64,000 nucleotides of DNA from Acidimicrobiaceae bacterium (GTDB taxonomy: Bacteria > Actinomycetota > Acidimicrobiia > Acidimicrobiales > Aldehydirespiratoraceae). The number at the start of each line of letters is the position of its first letter. Position 1 is the first letter of the stretch. Position numbers and translations under genes: made by a program. Of this stretch, positions 28,201-35,507 are shown in pieces. Below the pieces are notes generated by a model that saw only the letters and a list, made by a program, of their open reading frames with translations, made no database searches and was not told the DNA's origin. Location of the stretch: NCBI GenBank assembly GCA_009843915.1, contig VYCM01000110.1, positions 17,298 through 81,297 of the forward strand, given 5' to 3'.

Positions 28201-28659
28201 CAGCTCGCAAGTGCGCACCAGTCCGTAGTCGGCCGCGGCGGCCCACGTGTAGCGGAAGGTGAGGCCCAGGTCCGGGTTGTGCTCCTCGAACGTGAGCCGG
28301 TCCCCGCAGAGCGTCTTGGCCACCGACCTGCGCACCCGGCCGCAGGGCGCATGGGGCGCGAACGGCTCCCATGGGTCCGCGGCGCCGCCGACCCTGACAA
28401 GGGTGAATGGGCCGGTCCGGCCGCCGCTGCGGTGCAGGCGGTCGTCGGTCTCGTAGGCGAACAGGGCGTGCCCCGGGCTGCGTCGCCCCGCGGTCAGCGC
28501 GCCCGTGCTGGACACGAACAGCCAGAGGTCGCCCGGGCTGGTCACGTTGACCAGGAACGGGTCGAGCAGGTCGTAGTTCTCGACCCGGTACCACTCGATG
28601 CCCTCGGAGACGCAGACCCCTCCCTGGGGCTGGGAGCCGGCGGTCGGTGCGCGGTTCAA
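25252..28659 (-). CDS. Large cytoplasmic (alpha/alpha)6-type glycoside phosphorylase-like protein (GH94-clan-like; candidate GH149/GH161-type beta-1,3-glucan phosphorylase)
   Basis: About 1135 aa with no signal peptide. The only canonical in-frame start after the GH16 stop is TTG 28659 (TTGA overlap). Ordered motifs NWRDIFQNW, RPEWNDANNAL, GCVYWH and QQPGMTGA resemble, from memory, the GH94 RD..QD, DWND (catalytic Asp), phosphate-His and TG(T/S)A motifs. The gene sits directly downstream of a GH16 gene. The function is an inference. Confidence 0.5.
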   Translation of the reverse strand: MNRAPTAGSQPQGGVCVSEGIEWYRVENYDLLDPFLVNVTSPGDLWLFVSSTGALTAGRRSPGHALFAYETDDRLHRSGGRTGPFTLVRVGGAADPWEPFAPHAPCGRVRRSVAKTLCGDRLTFEEHNPDLGLTFRYTWAAAADYGLVRTCELTASADASGCDVELLDGLIDVLPAGVDLETQQTSSTLIDAYRRSEFDPESGLALFTLEALVGDLAEPAESLLASVVWSRGLDGAVTAMSDRQIRSFRSGKALETEHLATGVKGAFLTSAAARISPESPLRWTIVADVDRDHADAARLRRWLRTADASASGAATSAALDRAHHEVMSLISYADARQETADRAAVASHLANVTYNCMRGGAPVDDHRVAVAEVGRFVASRNRPAAVRFEQLTGEIEAVVELDSLRDAVSQDATLVRLVNEYLPLTFSRRHGDPSRPWNTFQIGDGTSASDRLFAYEGNWRDIFQNWQALVHSFPGFAESFLAKFLNASTMDGHNPYRISSEGIDWETPGEGAWSNFGYWGDHQIVYLHSILDAVHRFHPDSLEARLDRLEFSYADVPYRILPYDIMVSDPKNTLEFDHAAQASVDERVAEIGADGRLVPGADGGVHHASLTEKLLVPALAKLSSLVPGGGIWLNTQRPEWNDANNALVGIGVSVVTVFHLREYLAFLDGLLGRSPVAEVPVSPAVLEWLDGVEAALEAHRVLAQEGPITAEARRGLLDQLGRCGSSYRSRVYGRAPEPAAGASVDGLRRCIQAALPHLDRIVAEAWRTDGLAHAYQLLRLRPDTAELAPLYAMLEGQAAAMSSSLAGPREVIELVDALFGSELYRPDQRSFLLHPDTPPPAFMEKNRVPDGLVGPALSSLIGDRHGIAHRDEEGSVRFAAHLRREQDLEDALDSLDPAHRLDSAGRCEVLDAYEAVFRHRESAGRSQTMYRYEGLGCVYWHMVMKLMFRLQQCIFAAADAGADRSLVAEMVQRYRRVRSGLGPSKTVADHGAFPLDPHSHTPGHTGAQQPGMTGAVKEGILLRWGELGLQVEDGCLRFAPVLLDPAEFLAAARPWLPLGQGGRLEEGMLGFTYCGAPVVYRLDDSAPWTRAVLTDGQEVAGVDGLDRDTSRALFARTGAIARIDVAVDPAALHPS

Positions 28660-29744
28660 CTGGCCGCCTCCGCTGTCTCGGTGACGGGCTGCCACACCCG
28701 GACGTGATCGACGTAGAGGGCGACGGGGAACTCGAGGTCCAGCGCTATTGGACCGGGGAACTGGCCGCCCACGGCCAGGTTCAGGATCATGAAGAACTCG
28801 TGGTCGAAGACCCATTCCCGGTTGCCGGTCGCGTCCCGGGTGAGGGTGTAGTACGGCTCGCCGTCGTAGAACCAGGTGATGCCCTCGTAGTCCCACTCGA
28901 CCGCGTATGTGTGGTAGTCGTCGGCGATGAGGTAGTCCTGCCGGTTCCATCTGGTCAGGCCGACCGCCCCCGCGTAGCCGGGTCCGTGGATGGTGCCGAG
29001 GATCAAGTCCGGCTCGCGCCCGACGTACTCCATGATGTCGATCTCGCCCACGAACGGCCAGTGGTTCTGGGGGTCGTCGGAATGGCGGTCGAAATGGGCG
29101 CCGAGCATCCAGAACGCGGGCCACAGCCCCGCGCCGGAGGGCACCTTCAGGCGGGCCTCGAAGCGCCCGTACTTGAACTCCCTCAGTCCCTTCGTCAGCA
29201 TGCGGGCCGAGGTGTAGTAGGAGTTCTCGTACTTCTCCTGGTGGGCCTCGATGACCAGCAGCCCGTTCTCGAGCCGGGCGTTCTTGGGCCGCGACGTGTA
29301 GTACTGGGCCTCGCCGTTGCCCCAGCCCCAGCCTCCGATGTCGTAGGTCCAGTTGGTGAGGTCGATGGCGTCGCCGTCGAACTCGTCGTGCCAGACGAGT
29401 TCCCATCCCTCGATTTCGGGGATGGGAACCGGGTCCGGAGCGGTGACCGTCGGCGGGGGCGGCGGCAGCGTGGTGGTTGTCGTCGTGGTTGTTGTCGTCG
29501 TTGTGGACGTTGTGGTTGTCGTCGTGGTCGTGGATGTCGTTGTGGTGGTGGAGGTTGTTGTGGTCGCGGGCGTTGTTGTGGATGTCGTTGTCGTTGTGGT
29601 GGTGGGCGCGGAGCTGGTGGTGGCGACCGTCGGCGCGGCCGAGGCCGGAGCCTCCTGCGAAGGCGGCGACTGGTCGGATCCGCAGCCTGCGGCCAACGCG
29701 GCCGCAAGCGCGGCACCCAGGGCGAGCCCGGACAGCCGGCTCAT
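28656..29744 (-). CDS. GH16-family beta-glucanase (laminarinase/licheninase-like) lipoprotein with poly-Thr linker
   Basis: Start MSRLSGLALGAALAAALAAGC at 29744 (GGGAG upstream). Catalytic ExDxxE as GEIDIMEY. About 50 aa of Thr-rich linker follow the lipobox-like Cys. Confidence 0.85.
   Translation of the reverse strand: MSRLSGLALGAALAAALAAGCGSDQSPPSQEAPASAAPTVATTSSAPTTTTTTTSTTTPATTTTSTTTTTSTTTTTTTTSTTTTTTTTTTTTLPPPPPTVTAPDPVPIPEIEGWELVWHDEFDGDAIDLTNWTYDIGGWGWGNGEAQYYTSRPKNARLENGLLVIEAHQEKYENSYYTSARMLTKGLREFKYGRFEARLKVPSGAGLWPAFWMLGAHFDRHSDDPQNHWPFVGEIDIMEYVGREPDLILGTIHGPGYAGAVGLTRWNRQDYLIADDYHTYAVEWDYEGITWFYDGEPYYTLTRDATGNREWVFDHEFFMILNLAVGGQFPGPIALDLEFPVALYVDHVRVWQPVTETAEAAS
29469..29621 (-). 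repeat. Low-complexity ACN-codon tract encoding the poly-Thr linker of the GH16 lipoprotein
   Basis: The plus strand shows degenerate GTNGTNGTN periodicity (gtggttgtcgtcgtggttgttgtc...). The translation is about 50 residues that are almost all Thr with occasional Ser/Pro/Ala, followed by PPPPP. Confidence 0.9.
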
Positions 29745-29787
29745 GCGGGGGCTCCCATGCGGTCGGGTCGGACAGGGTTCACGGCTG

Positions 29788-30594
29788 CTACAGGGCCAGC
29801 GGCCCGGGCGGGCTGAGCTGCGCGGTGATGCCCCCGTCCACATAGAGCACCTGGCCGGTGATGTAGCTCGCTTCACAGGAAGCGAGGAAGGCCACCGCCG
29901 ACGCGATGTCGTCGACCGTGCCCGGACGCTTCAGCGGGATCTGCGTCACGATCTCGGGCGGCCCGGTGGTGCTGTCCTCCGGCTGCCACCGGTAAGTGCG
30001 AGTCACGCCCGGCCCGACCGCGTTCACCCGGATCCCGAGCGGCCCGAGCTCCACCGCCATGGCCCGGGTCATCGCGTTGACGGCACCCTTGGTCATGTCG
30101 TAGGGGAGGCCGTGCTGGTGGGCCCGGTCGGCTCCTACCGACGACACCAGCACGATGCTCCCGCCGCCATTGGCGCTCATGGCCGAAGCGGCCCTCTGCG
30201 AGCACAGGTACGGGCTGCGCACGTTGGTGGCGAGCTGGAGGTCGAGCAGGTCGCGGTGCTCCTCGAGAAGGTGCCGCCGCTGGAGGTCGGCGGCGTTGTT
30301 CACTAGGACGTCGATGGCGCCGAAGCGCTCCAGGGTGACGTCGAACACGGCGTCCACCGCGTCCTGGACCGTCAGGTCCGCGCAAACCGCCTCGACAGCC
30401 GCTCCCAGCTCCTCGAGGGTCCGCACCGTGTCGTCGAGGGACGCGCAGTCCTTGTCGGCCGCGACCAGGTTCATGCCTTCGTGGGCCAGGCGGCAGGCGA
30501 TGCTCTGGCCGATGCCCTTGGCCGCGCCGGTGACGACTGCGGTCCGGCCTGCGAGGTCGGGGTACCGGCCGGCGCGGCCTTCAGTGTTCGGCAT
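29788..30594 (-). CDS. SDR-family oxidoreductase
   Basis: Start MPNTEGR at 30594. VTGAAKGIG, NNAA and YDMTK motifs. Confidence 0.85.
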   Translation of the reverse strand: MPNTEGRAGRYPDLAGRTAVVTGAAKGIGQSIACRLAHEGMNLVAADKDCASLDDTVRTLEELGAAVEAVCADLTVQDAVDAVFDVTLERFGAIDVLVNNAADLQRRHLLEEHRDLLDLQLATNVRSPYLCSQRAASAMSANGGGSIVLVSSVGADRAHQHGLPYDMTKGAVNAMTRAMAVELGPLGIRVNAVGPGVTRTYRWQPEDSTTGPPEIVTQIPLKRPGTVDDIASAVAFLASCEASYITGQVLYVDGGITAQLSPPGPLAL

Positions 30595-30599
30595 GGCGG

Positions 30600-31796
30600 T
30601 CACGGCCGGGCCGGGGTGCCGTCGGGCAGACGGGTCTGGGTCCATTGCTCCACCGTCTCGTCGCAGGGATGCTCGGCGGCGAGCCTCTCGTCGATGTCGA
30701 TTCCGAGACCGGGGCTGTCGCCGGGGTACAGGTAGCCGTCGACCGGGCGGGGCAGTCCCGGGAACATCTCGTAGGTGAGGTCGGACGGCTGCGGCCATTC
30801 CTGGATCCCGAAGTTCGGGGCCCACATGTTCAGGTGCAGGTTGGCCGCGTGGCCCACCGGCGACGTGTCGTCGGGCCCGTGCCAGGCCGTGCGGATCCCG
30901 AACATTGCGGCGAAGGAGGCCACGCCCCGCGCCGGGGTGATGCCGCCGATCTGGCTCACGTGCATGCGCACGAAATCGATGAGCCGGCCGGTGATCAGCG
31001 GACGCCACTCGTGGGGGTTGTTGAACAACTCGCCCATCGCCAGCGGCGTGGCGCACTGCTGCCTGAGCGTCGAGAACCACCCGGTGTCCTCGGGCGCGAA
31101 CGGGTCCTCGAGGAAGAAGAGCCGGTATTGCTCCAGGTCCTTGGCGAACTGCACCGCGTCGATGGGGTGCAGCCGCTCGTGGACGTCGTGCAGCAGCTCG
31201 ATGTCGTCGCCCACCGTGCTGCGGAGATGGTCGATCATCCCGAGCATTGCCCGGCCGTAGCCGCGGGGGTCGAAGTAGTTCCCCGGGGGCGCGGTCGGCG
31301 GCAGGCGCAGCCCGTCGGCAGGGCCGCCGTAGCCGCCCATCTGGACTCGCACGTGCGCGAACCCCTGCTCGATCAGCGCCACGGCGTTGTCGGCCACCTC
31401 GTGGGCGTCGCGGCCGTCGGCGTGCACGTAGGTGGCGGCGGCCTCGCGGGTTCGCCCGCCGAGCAGCTGGTACACGGGCATTCCCGCCTGCTTGCCCTTG
31501 ATGTCCCAAAGGGCCTGGTCCACGCCGGAGACGGCGTTGTTGAGCACCGGGCCGTTGCGCCAGTAGCCGTGGTTCATCGACATCTGCCAGATCTCCTCGA
31601 TGCGGTCGACGTCGCGTCCCACCAGAACGGGGGCCAGGTGGCGCTCGATGGCCGCCTGCACCGCGAAGGCGCGCTGGGTGAACGTCGCGCAGCCGAGCCC
31701 GAACAGTCCCGGCTCGGAGGTGTCGACCCTCACCACAACCAGCCGGCAGGCGTCCGGCTGGGTGAGGATGGCCCTGACGTCTGTGATCTTGACCAT
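30600..31796 (-). CDS. Enolase-superfamily D-mannonate/D-gluconate dehydratase (ManD subgroup)
   Basis: MVKITDV.., ALWDIKGKQAGMPVYQLLGG, HDVHERL and FLEDP. Length of 398 aa is typical of ManD/RspA-like proteins. Confidence 0.8.
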   Translation of the reverse strand: MVKITDVRAILTQPDACRLVVVRVDTSEPGLFGLGCATFTQRAFAVQAAIERHLAPVLVGRDVDRIEEIWQMSMNHGYWRNGPVLNNAVSGVDQALWDIKGKQAGMPVYQLLGGRTREAAATYVHADGRDAHEVADNAVALIEQGFAHVRVQMGGYGGPADGLRLPPTAPPGNYFDPRGYGRAMLGMIDHLRSTVGDDIELLHDVHERLHPIDAVQFAKDLEQYRLFFLEDPFAPEDTGWFSTLRQQCATPLAMGELFNNPHEWRPLITGRLIDFVRMHVSQIGGITPARGVASFAAMFGIRTAWHGPDDTSPVGHAANLHLNMWAPNFGIQEWPQPSDLTYEMFPGLPRPVDGYLYPGDSPGLGIDIDERLAAEHPCDETVEQWTQTRLPDGTPARP

Positions 31797-31867
31797 CAGC
31801 GGTGGGTCACGTCAGCAACACAGCGGGAGGGCGGGGGAAGGGACGATCGAGCCATCGCGGGTGGGCC

Positions 31868-32770
31868 TCAGCCCTTCACCGCCCCTGCGGTCAGGCCCGA
31901 CACGATATAGCGCTGCAGGAACAGGAACAGCACCACCATCGGCGTCATCAGGATCAGGACCGCGGCGGCCATCGGCGGCCAGTTAGCGCCGTAGAGGCCC
32001 TCGAAAGCGATCAGGCCCCGCGTCACCGGGTAGAGGTCGTCGTTGGTCAGGTAGATGATCGCCAGCACCAGTTCGTTCCAGAGGCCTATGGCGTGCAGGA
32101 CAGTAACCGTGGCGATGGCCGGGCGGATCAGCGGCACGATGATCTTGAACACGAAGCGGTAGTACCCGCACCCGTCGATGGCCGCCGACTCGTCCAGCTC
32201 GCGGGGGATCGCCTTGATGTAGTTGACGAGGATGATGATCCCGATCGGGTTGACCAGGAACAGCAGGATGTAGCCGGCGCGGGTGTTGAACAGGCCCAGG
32301 TTGAGGATCAACTGGAATTGCGGGATGAGCGCCGGGGGCAGGAACAGCGCGATCACGTAGAGCAGCAGGATGTACCGCCCGCCCTTGAGGTAGCCGCGGG
32401 CGATCGGGAACGCCACCAGCACCGACGTGACCACGCAGACCGCAGTGGCCACCGTGGTGTAGACGACGGAGTTGACCAGGTAGCGGGCGAACTGGGCTTC
32501 GTTCCAGGCCTCGGTGAAGTTCTCGAAGCGGAGCGACTCCGGCATGCCGGTGGGGTTCTGGAAGAACTCGGGCAGCGTCTTGAACGCCGTGGTGACCAGC
32601 ATCAGCAGCGGCCCGATGTACAGCACCGCGAACACCAGAAGGATCACGTACGACGCCAGCTTCTGCCGCTTGAGCCGGACGAGCCATCCGGGCGGCTCGC
32701 CGCGGCCAGCGCGCTCGGGCCCGTGCGGCGTGGTCTTGCGGGGCGCCTGGGGCGTCTCGACGGCGGTCAT
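31868..32770 (-). CDS. Carbohydrate ABC transporter permease (CUT1)
   Basis: Multi-TM, EAA-loop ESAAIDGCG. ATGA overlap with the upstream permease. Confidence 0.9.
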   Translation of the reverse strand: MTAVETPQAPRKTTPHGPERAGRGEPPGWLVRLKRQKLASYVILLVFAVLYIGPLLMLVTTAFKTLPEFFQNPTGMPESLRFENFTEAWNEAQFARYLVNSVVYTTVATAVCVVTSVLVAFPIARGYLKGGRYILLLYVIALFLPPALIPQFQLILNLGLFNTRAGYILLFLVNPIGIIILVNYIKAIPRELDESAAIDGCGYYRFVFKIIVPLIRPAIATVTVLHAIGLWNELVLAIIYLTNDDLYPVTRGLIAFEGLYGANWPPMAAAVLILMTPMVVLFLFLQRYIVSGLTAGAVKG

Positions 32771-33753
32771 CCGATGTACCTCTTCTCGCGGCGGGACAGC
32801 CAGGCGTGGGTCACCAGCGCGAACACCAGCACCAGGATGAACAGCGCGATGGACGCGGCCGCGGCGTAGCCCTGCCGGAAGGCGGACGACACCGACCCCG
32901 AGGTCTGCCCGAAGCCCTCGGCGAACACCAGGTAGCCGAGCACTTGGGTGCCCGGGCGGTACCCGATGAGCACCAGGAACAGCTGCCAGGCCTGCAGCGA
33001 CCCGATGATGTTGAGCAACAGGTTGGTGTTGACGGCTGGCGTCAGCAGCGGCCAGGTGACGTTACGGAACAGTTGCCACTTGCCGGCGCCGTCGATGCGG
33101 GCGGCCTCGTAGAGCTCGTTCGGGATGGTCTGCATCCCGGCGAGGAAGATCACCATCGTGATGCCGGCGTTCGCCCAGATCTGCACCACGATCACCCAGG
33201 CGAACGCTTGCCGGGGCTGGCCGCCCAGGAGCTCCGACGTCCAGCCGAAGAGCTGGAAGAACTCGGCGGCCGGGCCGCCCCGCGGCAGCAGAAACAGCTT
33301 CCAGATGAGACCCTGGATGGCGACACCGAGGATCACCGGCATGAAGAACAGCGTCCTGAAGAACTTCTTGCCCCGGATCTTCTGGTTCAGCAGCACCGCG
33401 AACAGCAGGCCGATGCCGAACTGGATCACGGTGACGAAGAGGCAGAAGTAGACGGTCCTGCGCAGCGCGGCGATGTTGTCGCGCGAGGCCGCCCCCCGCA
33501 GCAGGAACTCGTCGTAGTTCTCGAAGCCGATCCAGTTGATGGCTATGCCGCGGATGCCGGTGGCGTCGGTGAACGAGTAGACGGCGGTGGCCAGAGAGGG
33601 CCCGACCGCCATCACCAGGTACAGCAGGAAGCCGGGCAGCAACAGCAGGACCGGAGTCGCGCTCCGCCAACCCCTGGCGAACAGGTAGCTTCGGTGGATC
33701 ACAGTCGTGGTGTGCGGGATCCCTGGGTTCCCCCCGGTGGGGGACTCCCGCAC
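32767..33753 (-). CDS. Carbohydrate ABC transporter permease (CUT1)
   Basis: Multi-TM, EAA-loop EAARIDGAG. Start uncertain (GTG 33753 or GTG 33702). Confidence 0.85.
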   Translation of the reverse strand: MRESPTGGNPGIPHTTTVIHRSYLFARGWRSATPVLLLLPGFLLYLVMAVGPSLATAVYSFTDATGIRGIAINWIGFENYDEFLLRGAASRDNIAALRRTVYFCLFVTVIQFGIGLLFAVLLNQKIRGKKFFRTLFFMPVILGVAIQGLIWKLFLLPRGGPAAEFFQLFGWTSELLGGQPRQAFAWVIVVQIWANAGITMVIFLAGMQTIPNELYEAARIDGAGKWQLFRNVTWPLLTPAVNTNLLLNIIGSLQAWQLFLVLIGYRPGTQVLGYLVFAEGFGQTSGSVSSAFRQGYAAAASIALFILVLVFALVTHAWLSRREKRYIG

Positions 33754-33807
33754 CCGGCGGTGCCGGGGAGGAGCCCCCCACGGTGGGAGGGGAACGGTGC
33801 GGTTTGT

Positions 33808-35436
33808 CTAGCCGGCGTCGAGCCCGGCCTGGAGGTCGGCCTGGGCCTGGGCTGCCAGCGCGGCCGCGTCGGTCCACTCGTTGAACGGAGCGAACCAGGC
33901 CGGGGCCTGCGATGCGTTGGACCACTGGCCTGCGCCTGCGGGCGCCGCCCAGTACTGCTCGAAGCCGACCCGGTAGTTGGCCAGGTACGGCGCGACCTCA
34001 GCGCCGAGCTTGGTGTTCAGGCCGGCCGTGGGCTGCGTCGGGATGAAGCCGACCGCGTTCGCGAACGCCTGGTAGTTGTCCGGCTCCGAGAAGGCGGCCA
34101 GGTAGGCGAGCGACTCCTCGGGGTGCGGGGTGTCGGCCGCGATGGCCCAGCCCTGGTCGTACTTCCCGAACAGGTACTTGTTGTCCTCGGGGTCGTCGCT
34201 GCCCGGGAACGGGATGTAGGTCCAGTCGAACCCGACGTCGTCGAGGGCGGGTGCCTGCCACACGCCAGTGGGCATCATGGCGACGTCGCCGGCCGCGAAC
34301 CGGGCCGGAGCGGCGTCATGGGAGAGGCCGGAGACGCCGTCCTCGAGCATCTCGGTGGTGAACACCTGCATCCGGCGCAGCATCTCGGTGGAGCGCTCGT
34401 CGTCCCAGCGGATGGCGCCGGTCCACAGTCCCTCCACCAGGGCCTCCTGGTCGGGGTACATCGCGCCGAGCAGGCCGTAGGCGCCGACGAAGATCGGCCA
34501 GCCGTCGCCGCCGCCTAGCGTCATGCACTCGTTGCCGGAGGCCTTGAACGTGTCGCATGCGGCGACCAGCTCGCCCCAGGTCGTCGGGACATCCACCCCG
34601 ACCGAGTCGAACAGGTCGAGGTTCAGGAACATGCCGCTGTAGGACACCCGTCCGAGGTTGATCGCGTACAGCCTGCCCTCGAACGAGCCCGCGTCGTCGA
34701 GGGTCGCCCTGTCGTAGTGGTCGACGAACGGCTGGCGGGTGAGATCCATCAGCAGGCCCGCCTCTATGAGGGTCTGCCAGTTCGGGGGCTGAATGCCCGA
34801 CATGTACGGCTGGGCCGCGTTGGAGAAGCCGAAGATGTCGATGACGTCGATGTCGCCCGCGGTCAGGCGGGTCTGCGTCGAGATGCTGAGGTCGCCCGGC
34901 GCCACCACCGACATGTCGACGGTGACGTGCGGGTTGGCCGCCTCGAAGGAATCGTTGAACGCCTCCATGAACTCCACCATCGGCGGGTTCTGGTGCACCA
35001 GCACGCGCAGCGCCACGTCCTCCTTGGGGGGCTCGGCAGCCGCGGCTGCGGCCGCTGCAGCCTCTTCGGCTGCGGCCTCGGCGGCGGCTGCTTGTTCGGC
35101 CGCTGCGGTCGCCTCGGCGTCGGCGGCGTCCGCCGCTGCTTGCGCCTCGGCCAGCTGAGCCTCGAGATCCGCGACCGCGCCAGCGTCAGCGTCGGCGTCG
35201 GCCTGCGCAGCCGCCAGCGCGGCCTCGGCCTCTTCGGCTGCGGCCTCGGCGGCTGCGGCCTCTGCAGCGGCCTCGTCGGCCATCGCCTGGGCCGCGGCGG
35301 CGTCAGCCTGGGCCTGGTCCACTGCCGCGGTATCAACTACGGCGACGGGGGCTGGCTCGTCGTCGCCGCAGGCCACAGCCACTAGGCATATGGCCAGCAG
35401 CACGGCGAGCAGCCTGCCGATGGATGATTTAAGCAT
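33808..35436 (-). CDS. Extracellular solute-binding lipoprotein (CUT1 sugar ABC) with about 100-aa Ala/Glu/Asp-rich N-terminal spacer
   Basis: ATG 35436 with AGGAGGA upstream. Signal peptide ending LVAVAC, a low-complexity A/E/D/Q region, then a typical SBP domain. Confidence 0.85.
   Translation of the reverse strand: MLKSSIGRLLAVLLAICLVAVACGDDEPAPVAVVDTAAVDQAQADAAAAQAMADEAAAEAAAAEAAAEEAEAALAAAQADADADAGAVADLEAQLAEAQAAADAADAEATAAAEQAAAAEAAAEEAAAAAAAAAEPPKEDVALRVLVHQNPPMVEFMEAFNDSFEAANPHVTVDMSVVAPGDLSISTQTRLTAGDIDVIDIFGFSNAAQPYMSGIQPPNWQTLIEAGLLMDLTRQPFVDHYDRATLDDAGSFEGRLYAINLGRVSYSGMFLNLDLFDSVGVDVPTTWGELVAACDTFKASGNECMTLGGGDGWPIFVGAYGLLGAMYPDQEALVEGLWTGAIRWDDERSTEMLRRMQVFTTEMLEDGVSGLSHDAAPARFAAGDVAMMPTGVWQAPALDDVGFDWTYIPFPGSDDPEDNKYLFGKYDQGWAIAADTPHPEESLAYLAAFSEPDNYQAFANAVGFIPTQPTAGLNTKLGAEVAPYLANYRVGFEQYWAAPAGAGQWSNASQAPAWFAPFNEWTDAAALAAQAQADLQAGLDAG
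35032..35331 (-). repeat. Low-complexity GCN/GAR tract encoding an Ala/Glu/Asp/Gln-rich spacer of the SBP
   Basis: About 100 codons dominated by Ala with periodic Glu/Asp/Gln. It contains an internal direct repeat, gcctcttcggctgcggcctcggcggc, at about 35058 and about 35228. Confidence 0.85.
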
Positions 35437-35507
35437 GTTGTTGTCTCCTCCTGTTGGTTAGATGACGTCTTGCGACGCAATGGGAGATCGGGGAACTGCG
35501 GCGGGCA

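Noticed and set aside
25252-29406. Track ORF of 1384 aa that would make the giant protein even larger.
   Set aside because: The N-terminal 250 or so codons are Arg/Pro/Gly-rich shadow translation lying over the GH16 gene in another frame. The GH16 frame has clear catalytic motifs and a signal peptide. The giant gene is better started at TTG 28659, right at the GH16 stop.
29469-29621. Whether the short periodic repeats are a CRISPR array or a minisatellite.
   Set aside because: The period is 3 nt and in frame within a CDS. There is no repeat-spacer architecture and no cas genes are present.
29744-29757. Degenerate CelR-box-like sequence TGGGAGCCCCCGCA overlapping the GH16 start.
   Set aside because: Only the left half-site is intact (11 of 14 matches) and it overlaps the SD/start. 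It may simply be the ribosome-binding region. It is mentioned under the locus finding only.
29195-29816. Pro/Arg-rich and Val/Gly/Cys-rich repetitive ORFs (for example 29195-29716 on the minus strand and 28647-29816 and 29353-30306 on the plus strand) that could look like repeat proteins.
   Set aside because: They are alternative-frame readings of the ACN repeat that encodes the GH16 poly-Thr linker.
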